Origin: a virus
Lineage: Duplodnaviria > Heunggongvirae > Uroviricota > Caudoviricetes
IMG/VR virus record: IMGVR_UViG_3300042401_001180
Strand: one strand, 5' to 3'
Length of the DNA: 64,000 nt
Shown here: positions 1 to 9,308 of the stretch, piece by piece
Layout: each line of letters begins with the position of its first letter
How positions within the stretch are numbered: the stretch's first letter is position 1
Notes under the pieces: generated by a model
The model's database searches: none
The model's input: the letters and a program-made list of their open reading frames with translations, nothing else
Told to the model about the DNA's origin: nothing
Position numbers and translations under genes: made by a program

Positions 1-2
1 GA

Positions 3-260
3 TTTAAAAACAATATGGAGTATGAAACTATTGAGGGAGAATTTGTTTTACCTCATTGGTTGGGTGATGAAGATTTTCATGCATCACATAGATCAAATTT
101 ATTAAGAAAAGATTTTTCTTATTACTCACAAAATGGTTGGGATGAAAATCCTGAAGATCCTTACGTTTGGATGGATGATAAAGGTTTATGGTACAAACAA
201 ATTGTGGGAACTAAAGAACGGATATATTTTAAAGACCAAAACGAGTTCGAGTTGCATTAA
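3..260 (+). CDS. C-terminal part of MSMEG_6728-family / pyrimidine-dimer DNA glycosylase-like protein (5' truncated by window edge)
   Basis: LPHWLGDEDFHASHRSNLLRKD...Y...W.E....PYVW motif typical of the family; frame is open upstream of ATG 15. Confidence 0.65.
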   Translation, partial: FKNNMEYETIEGEFVLPHWLGDEDFHASHRSNLLRKDFSYYSQNGWDENPEDPYVWMDDKGLWYKQIVGTKERIYFKDQNEFELH

Positions 261-915
261 AGTTTTGTAGGACTTCTGATGCGGAAAGGTTACGGTTGTA
301 TATTGAGGTTTGTGCTATGTTACCATTAATGTATCCACCCAAAACTAATGAACCACCGATTTGTAAATTTGTCACAGTTGAAACAACAAATGTGTTAGTA
401 TGTGTATTTGATACATTAAAAACTCCATTAATATAAATTGATTGAATTTTAGATGTATTATTGTATGTAACTAAAATATTATACCATATATTTGGTGAAA
501 TTGTTGTGGTTGAATCTAATGCGTTATTAGCATCATACGCCCAAAACCTTATTTTATTATCTGTTTTTATTCTATAAGAATAACCAAATCCAGAACCAAC
601 ATTAGTACTAGTGTCAATAATATATTGGTTTATGTTTTGTACATTGATTCTAACCCAACTTGATAATGTAAAATTTGTTAATTGTAATGTTGTTGAATTA
701 GGTGGTTTAATATATTGATTACTTCCATCAAATACAATAGATCCACCATTTCCACTATTAAATGTAGGACCATTTGTTAACGTTCCATTATTCCCACTTC
801 TACTAACATCATTCCAAGTGGTTGATCCACTAACATAAGATTTTGTATTTGACGCATCCAAGTATAAGACAAGACCATTAGTTACAATATTAACTCCACC
901 ACCTACAGTACTCAT
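229..915 (-). CDS. LamG / concanavalin-A-like jellyroll protein (putative tail/receptor-binding)
   Basis: GLVLYLDASNTKSY..G N-terminus, FDG...I, FTLSSW, YING, IYNR.LS..EV..NFNA.R.RFGL. Confidence 0.85.
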   Translation of the reverse strand: MSTVGGGVNIVTNGLVLYLDASNTKSYVSGSTTWNDVSRSGNNGTLTNGPTFNSGNGGSIVFDGSNQYIKPPNSTTLQLTNFTLSSWVRINVQNINQYIIDTSTNVGSGFGYSYRIKTDNKIRFWAYDANNALDSTTTISPNIWYNILVTYNNTSKIQSIYINGVFNVSNTHTNTFVVSTVTNLQIGGSLVLGGYINGNIAQTSIYNRNLSASEVLQNFNATRTRFGL

Positions 916-1175
916 ATCATTTCATTATTTGTCCATTCAGAACCGTTTAGTATGGTTAAAATTTCTTCATAAGTATAAGGACCTTCTTTTGTTGTTATAC
1001 TATCCACCGATGACGGTATTGTGTTACCGTCCCACTTTACAAACGTTTTTGTCCCATCAACACTTCGTCTAACGGTATTGATTGAGGTTTCTAAAACTTG
1101 TGTAAAGTCTATTGTATTTAATTCTGATACATTAAATATCATAAATTGTCTTTGTTCATAATCTTGTGTTTCCAT
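912..1175 (-). CDS. Small hypothetical protein associated with the LamG genes
   Basis: 87 aa ORF coupled (ATGA overlap) to the LamG gene; TATTTATA motif at 1180-1187. Confidence 0.75.
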   Translation of the reverse strand: METQDYEQRQFMIFNVSELNTIDFTQVLETSINTVRRSVDGTKTFVKWDGNTIPSSVDSITTKEGPYTYEEILTILNGSEWTNNEMI

Positions 1176-1189
1176 ATGTTATAAATATT

Positions 1190-1864
1190 TTATCTTCCAA
1201 ATCTACCTCGTAAGGTATTATAATTATTTGTTACTTCATCATCCGACAATTTCCTATTATACATAAAAAATGAAGAAATATAACCTTTCATTGCATAATA
1301 AGCCATTGGGTTATTCCATGATCCTAAAAAATGAGGGCTGACACTATAAGTAACAGACGCATTAGATTGGCTCGCTTCTTTTATGTTATTTACATAAAAT
1401 TGTGCAATGTTATTAACCGAATCATAAGTATATGTAACATTGTTCCAAACGTTAAATGGACACGTATTAGTTGTTGTATAACTATCACCACCCATTTGAG
1501 CCAAGACAATTTTATTCGATCCCGTTCCAACTAAAATTCTATTATTAGTACCTTGACCAATTAGGGTATTGTATATGGTAGATCCAGTACTACCGACACC
1601 CGTTGATTGGAACCATAACGATATTGTAAAATCTGTTAATCCATTTATTGCTGGTAACTCGATTAAGTCATCAAGACCATCAAAACTAAAAGAACCTAAC
1701 CCAACAGATGAATAACCAACATTATTTATTAAATTACCATTTCTACTGTTTTTTGATAAATCATATACTACAGTGTCACCACTAAGATAACTTGATGTAT
1801 TTGCTGGATCATAATATATTAACAAACCATCCCTAATTAATCTACCTTTTACATTACCACTCAT
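1190..1864 (-). CDS. LamG-like jellyroll protein, paralog 2
   Basis: GLLIYYDPANTSSY, FDGLDD, FTISLWF, MYNRKLSDDEV..NYN.LRGRFG. Confidence 0.85.
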   Translation of the reverse strand: MSGNVKGRLIRDGLLIYYDPANTSSYLSGDTVVYDLSKNSRNGNLINNVGYSSVGLGSFSFDGLDDLIELPAINGLTDFTISLWFQSTGVGSTGSTIYNTLIGQGTNNRILVGTGSNKIVLAQMGGDSYTTTNTCPFNVWNNVTYTYDSVNNIAQFYVNNIKEASQSNASVTYSVSPHFLGSWNNPMAYYAMKGYISSFFMYNRKLSDDEVTNNYNTLRGRFGR

Positions 1865-2607
1865 AACCCAAACCTATTTTTTAATGCATTATAGTTTCTA
1901 TTAACTTCCGCGGTGGTTAACGCCCTATTATAAATTTTAAACGTAGAAACCAATCCACCCAACTTAAAACCTATTCGATTTAAATACCACTGAGACCTAC
2001 TAAACTGATTTGTTGTGGTTGTTATTATTGTTATATTATTTGAAGGAGAACTTGGAACACCTAATAGAACGTTATCAAAATACACTCTAGTACCTGAAGA
2101 GTCTCTAGATATTGTTAAATTATGCCACGCAACAGGTATTGTATTTCCCGTTATCGGTAAAAGGTCCGCTTCATATGCGCCAGAAATTGTGGAAACGGTA
2201 GAATATAATTGAATGGTTAATAATTCAGTTCTACCAGATGCACCAAACGTATTACCTAATACGGCATTAAATACTGACTGAGCGGTTCCTCCACTACTAA
2301 AGTCAAATAAATTTGCGGCTGTAGTCGCTGACGTTATTTCATTATTATTTCTAAACCAAACACTTATTGTTCCGTCAGTTGAATCAATTAATCTTGGAAA
2401 ATCTATTTTATCGTCTGTCAAATCTAACGATATAGAACCTTTGGAGTCTGCACTATATACTGGTCCGTTTACTAATAACCCATCATATTTATTGGTTGTT
2501 AAATCATATAGTGACGTTGATCCACTTACAAATGATTTTGTATTAGCCGGATCATAACATAATATTAATCCATCTGTTACTAAATTTGGTGAAAAATGGA
2601 AACTCAT
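1861..2607 (-). CDS. LamG-like jellyroll protein, paralog 3
   Basis: GLILCYDPANTKSF, TISVWF, IYNRALT.AEV..NYNALKNRFGL. Confidence 0.85.
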   Translation of the reverse strand: MSFHFSPNLVTDGLILCYDPANTKSFVSGSTSLYDLTTNKYDGLLVNGPVYSADSKGSISLDLTDDKIDFPRLIDSTDGTISVWFRNNNEITSATTAANLFDFSSGGTAQSVFNAVLGNTFGASGRTELLTIQLYSTVSTISGAYEADLLPITGNTIPVAWHNLTISRDSSGTRVYFDNVLLGVPSSPSNNITIITTTTNQFSRSQWYLNRIGFKLGGLVSTFKIYNRALTTAEVNRNYNALKNRFGL

Positions 2608-2608
2608 T

Positions 2609-4576
2609 TTATATACTCCTTATTATAGTTTTAACCGTCCATCCTGCAGTTGTTGCTGATGAACTTAATACCGCATTATTTCCCGATACTGCAACTGTGA
2701 ATGTTACTCCCGTAGTTGTTCCAATATCTGTGGTACTTGTTTCTGTAAAGTTTATGGATGATCCACTCCATATAGACATTATTTGTCCCGCTCTTGCGCC
2801 CGTTGATCCCGTACTAATTAATGTATAATCATAAAACGCTCCTGTGTATGCACTCGTAGGGATAGAATATATGGTATTTGTACCTGCAGTTAAAGTTACC
2901 TTTGTTGTTGTATTTAATGACGGTGCTTGGTATGAACCCCATAGTGTTGTATTGTCTGAAAATACCTCAACAATAGGTAGTCCCGATATATCATTAACAC
3001 TAAATAATGACCCTATTAAACTGTCGGTGATACTAAATAACTCTCCACTCGACCCCTGAACAGTAAATATTGGTGGTGTGGTACTATTTCCTGAACCAAT
3101 CACTGTTAGAACGTTTTGTCCTGAACCCGATAAATACCCTGTTGTCCCTGTAAATGCTCTTACATTTGTATTACCTGTCACATTTAACGTACTTGCGGTT
3201 AATCCACTTGTAAATATTGTATTACCCGTTACAGTTCCCCCACTTATTGGTAAATAATTACCAGTTATTCCTGTTACTGATATTGTAAAGTTTCCACTAG
3301 AACCACTAACATTAATATTATTACCAGCAGTTAAGCCACTTACAGGTAAATTTTCGTACGTAGTGGCAGATATTGTGTTAGCGCTTAAAGTACCATAAAT
3401 TCTTGTATTTCCACTAACCTCAAATTTCTGAGTCAATGTCACTCCGCTTAACCCAATACCAAAATTACCGTTTTTATCTATACTTGCGGCTTCATCTCCT
3501 GTTCCTGTCGCAAATGAAATCTTACCATCGGAATTTGCAGTCGATAAAAGTAAATTTTTATTTGTAAAATCCCACCTTAAAAACGCACCAAACAGGTCAC
3601 TTGGTGTTCCAAAATATATTTGTGAACTAAATGCGTTCGGAGAAAATAAACCTATTGCTGTTGTTTGATTGGATTCTATAGCCATAACCGTACTAATAGG
3701 TAACCCTGAGTATGGACATCCTGACGCATCTAAAGAAAGTGATAGTTTAGATCCTAATCCAGAACCTGGTGTTGTGAAAAAACTGGTTGAACCGATTGAG
3801 GTATTACCACTAGTATTTATTATGAACGGTGTTGAATCGGGATTTGTGGAATCTTCAACGACAAACGCATTTCCATTGCCTGTCTGAGTTATTCTAACTA
3901 AATCTGATGTTGTGTTAGAACTAAACCAATTTATTCCTGAGTTTCCACTAACCGTTAAATTTGCAGTTATTGTTGTGTCACCACTAACAGTACCTCCACT
4001 TAATGGTAAGTAATCACCACTTAACCCTTGAGTTATTCCTGTAACTGATATTGTAACGCTACCACTAGAACCACTAACATTAATATTATTACCAGCAGTT
4101 AAGCCACTTACAGGTAAATTTTGGTACGTAGTAGCAGATATTGTATTTGCAGTTAAACCATTTGTAAATATTGTTGATCCTGTCACTGTTCCGCCTGTGA
4201 ATGTTGATCCACCTGTTATTCCTGTTACTGATATGGTAAAGTTTCCACTAGAACCACTAACATTAATATTATTACCAGCAGTTAAGCCACTTACAGGTAA
4301 ATTTTGATAGGTTGTTGCAGATATTGTATTCGCCGTTAGTCCATTTGTGAAGTTAGTTGCACCACTTACTGTTCCTCCACTTAAAGGTAAATAATTCCCT
4401 ACCACAGATGTGTTCCCTGTTATACCACTAATTATGTATGCTTGTAAATCTGATATATATGTATGAACCGTATCCCCTGTTGCGGCACTAAAATAGGTAA
4501 CCAAAGGAACCAACGTATTTCCTGAAAGCTTAGGTACACCAATATATGGTAATTCTGATATTTTTTTATTCGCCAT
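2609..4576 (-). CDS. Tail-fibre-like Gly/Ser/Thr-rich protein with internal repeats
   Basis: MANKKISELP start, repeated YLPLSGGT and TANTISATTY(Q/E)NLPVSGLTAGNNINVSGSSG units; position in tail module. Confidence 0.75.
   Translation of the reverse strand: MANKKISELPYIGVPKLSGNTLVPLVTYFSAATGDTVHTYISDLQAYIISGITGNTSVVGNYLPLSGGTVSGATNFTNGLTANTISATTYQNLPVSGLTAGNNINVSGSSGNFTISVTGITGGSTFTGGTVTGSTIFTNGLTANTISATTYQNLPVSGLTAGNNINVSGSSGSVTISVTGITQGLSGDYLPLSGGTVSGDTTITANLTVSGNSGINWFSSNTTSDLVRITQTGNGNAFVVEDSTNPDSTPFIINTSGNTSIGSTSFFTTPGSGLGSKLSLSLDASGCPYSGLPISTVMAIESNQTTAIGLFSPNAFSSQIYFGTPSDLFGAFLRWDFTNKNLLLSTANSDGKISFATGTGDEAASIDKNGNFGIGLSGVTLTQKFEVSGNTRIYGTLSANTISATTYENLPVSGLTAGNNINVSGSSGNFTISVTGITGNYLPISGGTVTGNTIFTSGLTASTLNVTGNTNVRAFTGTTGYLSGSGQNVLTVIGSGNSTTPPIFTVQGSSGELFSITDSLIGSLFSVNDISGLPIVEVFSDNTTLWGSYQAPSLNTTTKVTLTAGTNTIYSIPTSAYTGAFYDYTLISTGSTGARAGQIMSIWSGSSINFTETSTTDIGTTTGVTFTVAVSGNNAVLSSSATTAGWTVKTIIRSI
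3294..4305. repeat. Three identical 61-bp direct repeats (3294-3354, 4062-4122, 4245-4305) within larger ~120-bp units of the fibre gene
   Basis: ccactagaaccactaacattaatattattaccagcagttaagccacttacaggtaaatttt occurs three times. Confidence 0.95.
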
Positions 4577-4609
4577 CTACTTTTATTTAATAAATACAAC
4601 AAAAGACTA

Positions 4610-4993
4610 TTAATCTTCAAATAATTTAAAAAACAAAGTAAAAGAAAGACCAAACAAAATTCTAGCGATAATAACAAACATTAAACACATATATTTGGTA
4701 GCACAAGGAATGAACAAAAAATAAATACCAGCAAATATTGTTAAGGTTCTAAATAACTTAAATAAATGCCAAGCGTCAGTAAAACCAACAAATAACGATT
4801 TTGATAAAAAAAATCGTTCACCTTTCATTGGATCACCATCCTCATACTTATTCTTCCAGGAAACATCTGGATTCCAAAACAATTGATTTTTAAAATTTTT
4901 AAATATAGACAAATCATAATGAAATTGTAACTTATCCATTACCGCCTCAAACATCCCCGATAGTATGAACAATAAAAAACCGATATATATCAT
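4610..4993 (-). CDS. Hypothetical membrane protein
   Basis: 127 aa, three hydrophobic segments, F.TDAWHLFK motif. Confidence 0.75.
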   Translation of the reverse strand: MIYIGFLLFILSGMFEAVMDKLQFHYDLSIFKNFKNQLFWNPDVSWKNKYEDGDPMKGERFFLSKSLFVGFTDAWHLFKLFRTLTIFAGIYFLFIPCATKYMCLMFVIIARILFGLSFTLFFKLFED

Positions 4994-5187
4994 TTATTAT
5001 TTTTAATAAAATTTTTATACCAAACAATATTACCAATTAAACCACCATAACAAGCGATAAAAACAGAAATAATTAAATACCAATTTTCTAAATAACCCTT
5101 AACAACCCAATACGGATATAATATTGATCCAGTCAATAATAAAAGTATTGCAATCCAAGATGTTATATGTGTACCAAAATTTTTCAT
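4990..5187 (-). CDS. Small two-TM membrane protein
   Basis: 65 aa, two hydrophobic helices, basic C-terminus, coupled to the next gene. Confidence 0.65.
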   Translation of the reverse strand: MKNFGTHITSWIAILLLLTGSILYPYWVVKGYLENWYLIISVFIACYGGLIGNIVWYKNFIKNNK

Positions 5188-5235
5188 AATCTATTTTTAT
5201 TTATAAATATCACAAGATTTAAACTATTTATATAC

Positions 5236-5793
5236 GTGAACGAAAAATTAAAAAATCTAAAATTAGACCTTTTACTTAAAGAATTGAAATTGTTAGATTC
5301 AGAAAAAGATTATATTGATGAATTTACGGCATATCATTCACCAACATTTATGGAAGAGTTATCCAATAACGGATACGTAGCCGAAACACCAACGGGTGAA
5401 ACAAATAATCACAATATAAAAAATTCACAAAAAAATGTCATTGATGTTAATGATGAAGATAGGAAGTTGATTAAAAATATTTTTAGATCAATAGCAAAAA
5501 CATCACATCCTGATAAAACACCAAACCAATATAAAAACAAATTATACAATGAAGCGCAAATTGCATATGACGAAAACAATTTGTTGGTGTTATATAAGAT
5601 CGCAAAAAAACTAAATATTGAAATTGAAATAAGTATTAATACAATTACATTATTAGAAAAAATTGTGGAAGATAAGAAGAAACAATTAAAATCAGTTGAG
5701 ACCTCATTTTTGTGGTTATGGGTAAATTCCGACACACAAGAAAAGAAAGATCAACTTATAAACCAATTTTTAAATAAACATAATAAAAAATGA
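5236..5793 (+). CDS. J-domain (DnaJ-like co-chaperone) protein
   Basis: IFRSIAKTSHPDK (HPD motif); likely GTG start at 5236 just after TATTTATA. Confidence 0.75.
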   Translation: MNEKLKNLKLDLLLKELKLLDSEKDYIDEFTAYHSPTFMEELSNNGYVAETPTGETNNHNIKNSQKNVIDVNDEDRKLIKNIFRSIAKTSHPDKTPNQYKNKLYNEAQIAYDENNLLVLYKIAKKLNIEIEISINTITLLEKIVEDKKKQLKSVETSFLWLWVNSDTQEKKDQLINQFLNKHNKK

Positions 5794-5940
5794 AAATAAA
5801 AAAAAGAACTAAGGGTAAAATATTTTGAAATTAAAAAGATTGAAGATTCTTATATATGGTTATGGATAAACGCTAAAACCGATGAACAAAAACAAATAAT
5901 AATAAATAGTTTTATTGAACATTGTGAAAAAATACTTTAA
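5790..5940 (+). pseudogene. Frameshifted paralog of the J-domain protein C-terminal helix pair
   Basis: ATG at 5790; after an A8 run the +1 frame reads KKELRVKYFEIKKIEDSYIWLWINAKTDEQKQIIINSFIEHCEKIL, matching KQLKSVETSFLWLWVNSDTQEKKDQLINQFL upstream. Confidence 0.6.
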
Positions 5941-5957
5941 AATTACTTTGATATACT

Positions 5958-5985
5958 AAAAAAGGGACCCCGAAGAGTCCCTTTA
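5958..5985. terminator. Bidirectional intrinsic terminator between convergent genes
   Basis: aaagggac-cccgaaga-gtcccttt hairpin flanked by A/T tracts. Confidence 0.8.
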
Positions 5986-6030
5986 AATTTAACTAAAATA
6001 AAATAATTTTACTTTAATCGATGGATTTAA

Positions 6031-8268
6031 TTATTTAGTTATTTCAGCACCGATGTATATATGACCTGCTGGTCTTTTCGGCATATTGACACCATAAATG
6101 TTTATACTGTCAGTTAAAGCAGGAGCTTCAGTGAATACATATTCGTCACTATCGTTAACAGAATAATCAGAACCTTCTAATAACATCAAACCGTTAAGAA
6201 ATACTATATGAGTTCCTTTTACAATAGTAGAAGTGAAAGTATCTCTCAATACCATGATTGCCTCTTCGTTTTCATCAAGATCTCCTGAATCTATCATTTC
6301 TGGAGATTCAATGAATCCAACCATACTTGGTCGATTAGCTATAGTAAAATCGTAGCTGTTTTTATAGGCAGAATCAAAGGCAGAGTTTACTTCAGTAATA
6401 ACCTCAGTAAATGAATCAATTGCAGTAACATCTACATTAGAAATGATATCAGCAATTTTACCATCAAGTTCACTATCAGCTAATTCTCTAGCTTCAATTT
6501 CAGAATCAATAGCCGATTGTAAATCAGAATCAGCTAATTCTCTAGCAGATACTTCGTTACTAATTGCAGTATTAATGTTAGTTACCACAGTTAACAAATC
6601 ATTATCATTTTCTAAATCGATAGATTGTACAAAAGATACAACTTCAGCGAATTGGTCTAAGTCAACTGTTGAACCATTAAGGATGGCATCAATACGACCT
6701 TTCTCAACATCGATGTTAGATTGTAAAACTCCTTCAGCTGCAGTTGCACGAGAAACCTCAGAAGCAAGTGCGGCATCATTAGACAATTCGTAAGCATCCA
6801 AGTTATCTTGTACAGCAGTATCACCAGCAACTCTATCACTAACTTCTTGAGCTAATGCAGCATCGTTTGATAATTCGTAAGCAGCTAAATCAGAAGTAAT
6901 ATTAGCATCAGACAATTCACGAGCATCAACTTCAGAAGACAATGCAGCGTCATTAGAAACTTTGTAAGCATCTAAGACAGATTGAATTGTAGTATCAGCA
7001 GAAGTTCTATTAACAACTTCCTGTGCCAATGCAGCATCGTTAGAAGTTTTGTAAGAATCTAATGAAGATTGAAGAGTAGTGTCTCCAGAGATTCTTGCAG
7101 CTTCTTCAGCAGAAACAGCAGAGATTCTATCAGAGATTTCGGTATTCAAATCTGTTCTTAAAACTCCTTCAGCAGCTTCAGAACGAGAAACTTCATTATC
7201 CAAGTTTGTTTGAACTGTTTGGTCACCAGCTATACGGTCAGCAATTTCATTGTTTAATGAGTTTGTGAATGCAGTATCAGCAGCGGTACGATTAGTAATT
7301 TCCGTTGATAAATCAGAAGCGATAGTTGCTTCAGCAGCAGTTGCACGAGCAACTTCCTCAGAAAGGTCAGTTGAAAGTACGCCTTCAGCATCAGTTGCAC
7401 GAGCAGCCTCAGCAGCTAAGTCAGCAGCTAATTGAGTATCTCTAGATTCAGAAGCCTCTTTGTTCGCAAGAACAGTTGCATTGTTAAGAGAAACGTAAGA
7501 TGCAAATGCAGTATCATTCTCGGTATCAATACCGTTAATGATGCTTACGATTTCAGCAAAAGAGTTTGCATCAAGAGTTGAGCCAGAAAGAATACCATCG
7601 ATTTGTGATTGTGCAGTATCAATAGACGATTGAAGACCACTATCCGCTAATTTGTAAGCAGCGTCCATTGCATCAAGTGCAGATTGTAATGCAGCTTCAG
7701 TAGCTTCAGCACGAGTTCTCTCAGCGGCATCAGCAGCGATACGTGCAGCTTCTTCAGCAGCAATTGCGTTAGCGTTAGCCAACTCAGCAGCTTCAGCTCT
7801 TGATTGTTCGTTGTCGATATTTGCCTGTAACGTTACAACGTCAGCCGCATGTTCAACTTCGATAGCTTCGATGTCATTTGCAAGACCTAACTCAGCAGCA
7901 AGTGCACGAGCCTCTTCAGCATTAAGATTAGTTTGTAAAGCATTATCTTCTGACTTTCTTTTAGAAGTTTCTGAAGCTAATGCAGCATCATTTAAAGCTT
8001 CGTATGTATTTAATGCAGACATTACCGCTTCATCACCTGAAAGAATAGCAGCGTTTAATTCTTCTTCAGTACCAATCAATGCGGCTTTTATCGCATCATC
8101 ACCTTCAGTACGAGAGATTGCTTCAGCTTGGTCAGCAAGATTCAGTTTCTTCAAGTCATCAACCAATGACTTGATATCCGCCTTTTCGAGACCTTGAGGA
8201 GCAATAATAGTTGCTTTGTTTAAAATTAAATCGGACTGGCGATTTAAGACTATTTTAGTTGTACTCAT
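6031..8268 (-). CDS. Long alpha-helical coiled-coil fibre/structural protein
   Basis: E..R...A(D/E)..L repeats with 18- and 29-residue periods; three I..IL.G...D.F.E(I/V) motifs; C-terminal VFLNGL....DY domain; higher GC and Ala-rich. Confidence 0.8.
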   Translation of the reverse strand: MSTTKIVLNRQSDLILNKATIIAPQGLEKADIKSLVDDLKKLNLADQAEAISRTEGDDAIKAALIGTEEELNAAILSGDEAVMSALNTYEALNDAALASETSKRKSEDNALQTNLNAEEARALAAELGLANDIEAIEVEHAADVVTLQANIDNEQSRAEAAELANANAIAAEEAARIAADAAERTRAEATEAALQSALDAMDAAYKLADSGLQSSIDTAQSQIDGILSGSTLDANSFAEIVSIINGIDTENDTAFASYVSLNNATVLANKEASESRDTQLAADLAAEAARATDAEGVLSTDLSEEVARATAAEATIASDLSTEITNRTAADTAFTNSLNNEIADRIAGDQTVQTNLDNEVSRSEAAEGVLRTDLNTEISDRISAVSAEEAARISGDTTLQSSLDSYKTSNDAALAQEVVNRTSADTTIQSVLDAYKVSNDAALSSEVDARELSDANITSDLAAYELSNDAALAQEVSDRVAGDTAVQDNLDAYELSNDAALASEVSRATAAEGVLQSNIDVEKGRIDAILNGSTVDLDQFAEVVSFVQSIDLENDNDLLTVVTNINTAISNEVSARELADSDLQSAIDSEIEARELADSELDGKIADIISNVDVTAIDSFTEVITEVNSAFDSAYKNSYDFTIANRPSMVGFIESPEMIDSGDLDENEEAIMVLRDTFTSTIVKGTHIVFLNGLMLLEGSDYSVNDSDEYVFTEAPALTDSINIYGVNMPKRPAGHIYIGAEITK

Positions 8269-8502
8269 AAAAAAAATATTTAAATTAATTATTAATGTGT
8301 TCGTTACACAGATAAAAAATCAAATTGATTTTTTATTTTGACCGATAAATTTAAATACAAATTTAGACCTGATTTAAAGAAACTAAATCACGTAATAATA
8401 GACAAATGTAAATAATATGATAAATATAAGATATTAATATATACTGGGTTTAACCAGTTTGTTATATATAAATAACACGAACTTTAGTAAAGTTCAAAAA
8501 AA

Positions 8503-8733
8503 TTATAAATTATATATTAAATTTTTTAAATTTTTAATAGAATTAGTATAAAGTAATGGTGAACAAGAACTGTCTTCATTTAGGTAATCGTTAATTAATA
8601 CCATCAAATCATCAGTTTTTTCAAAAACAAAGATTGCTTTACTTTTATTTTTCTCAACCAACATTTTATTCCCTTTTAATCGTAAAAACGCCGCTAAATA
8701 TAAATCTGATGTTGTATATTTTTCTCGTTCCAT
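8503..8733 (-). CDS. DUF5659-like small phage protein
   Basis: Y.TSDLYLAAFL..KG......F.F pattern. Confidence 0.6.
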   Translation of the reverse strand: MEREKYTTSDLYLAAFLRLKGNKMLVEKNKSKAIFVFEKTDDLMVLINDYLNEDSSCSPLLYTNSIKNLKNLIYNL

Positions 8734-8796
8734 TTTATTTTTCCTTTTATTAGATAAATATCGTTATTTCTTAAAAACAACATTTTTTTATTTTTT

Positions 8797-9288
8797 TTAT
8801 GATGTTCTATATGAACACTTAATTTTCATACCAATACTTGGTGGTTCATTAAAAATTATTGTGTTATACTCAATTTGGTAGTCATCTTCGTCATCTTGTA
8901 ATAACCCATTTAAATAGACATGTTCGGATTCTGGTATTGGGTTATTGTTTAGAATAAAACTGTTGTTTATACCATCAATAATACCATTCGGTTTTTCTTT
9001 GTCAATGTGTGTTATTTTTGATAAATCTAACTCTAACCAATCATCAATATCAAACGACCAATCGTCCAATCTTTTTAATTTATAGTAAACCTCACCCCCA
9101 TTTACACCAACAATCATCCCTGGTCGTCTCCTCTCAACGGAAATTAGATTCAAATCTTCAACCGCTGACACATTTCTCAATCCATCAACACCATATATTG
9201 GGTCTATAACTGCATAGGTATCTTCTGTATTCATAGGGCTTATGAAACCCATAATACCAATACCACCTATTAGTTCAAAATTTGACAT
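8797..9288 (-). CDS. Putative virion structural protein
   Basis: N-terminal ...ERRRPGMIVGV domain plus C-terminal VYLNGLLQ...DY....IIFNEPP domain shared with 6031-8268. Confidence 0.65.
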   Translation of the reverse strand: MSNFELIGGIGIMGFISPMNTEDTYAVIDPIYGVDGLRNVSAVEDLNLISVERRRPGMIVGVNGGEVYYKLKRLDDWSFDIDDWLELDLSKITHIDKEKPNGIIDGINNSFILNNNPIPESEHVYLNGLLQDDEDDYQIEYNTIIFNEPPSIGMKIKCSYRTS

Positions 9289-9308
9289 TTACATATAATT
9301 TTTTTTTA

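Noticed and set aside
3264-4348. Fibre repeats as a DGR template/variable pair
   Set aside because: The cores are identical rather than adenine-specifically mutated, all lie in frame within one gene, and no reverse transcriptase is in the window.
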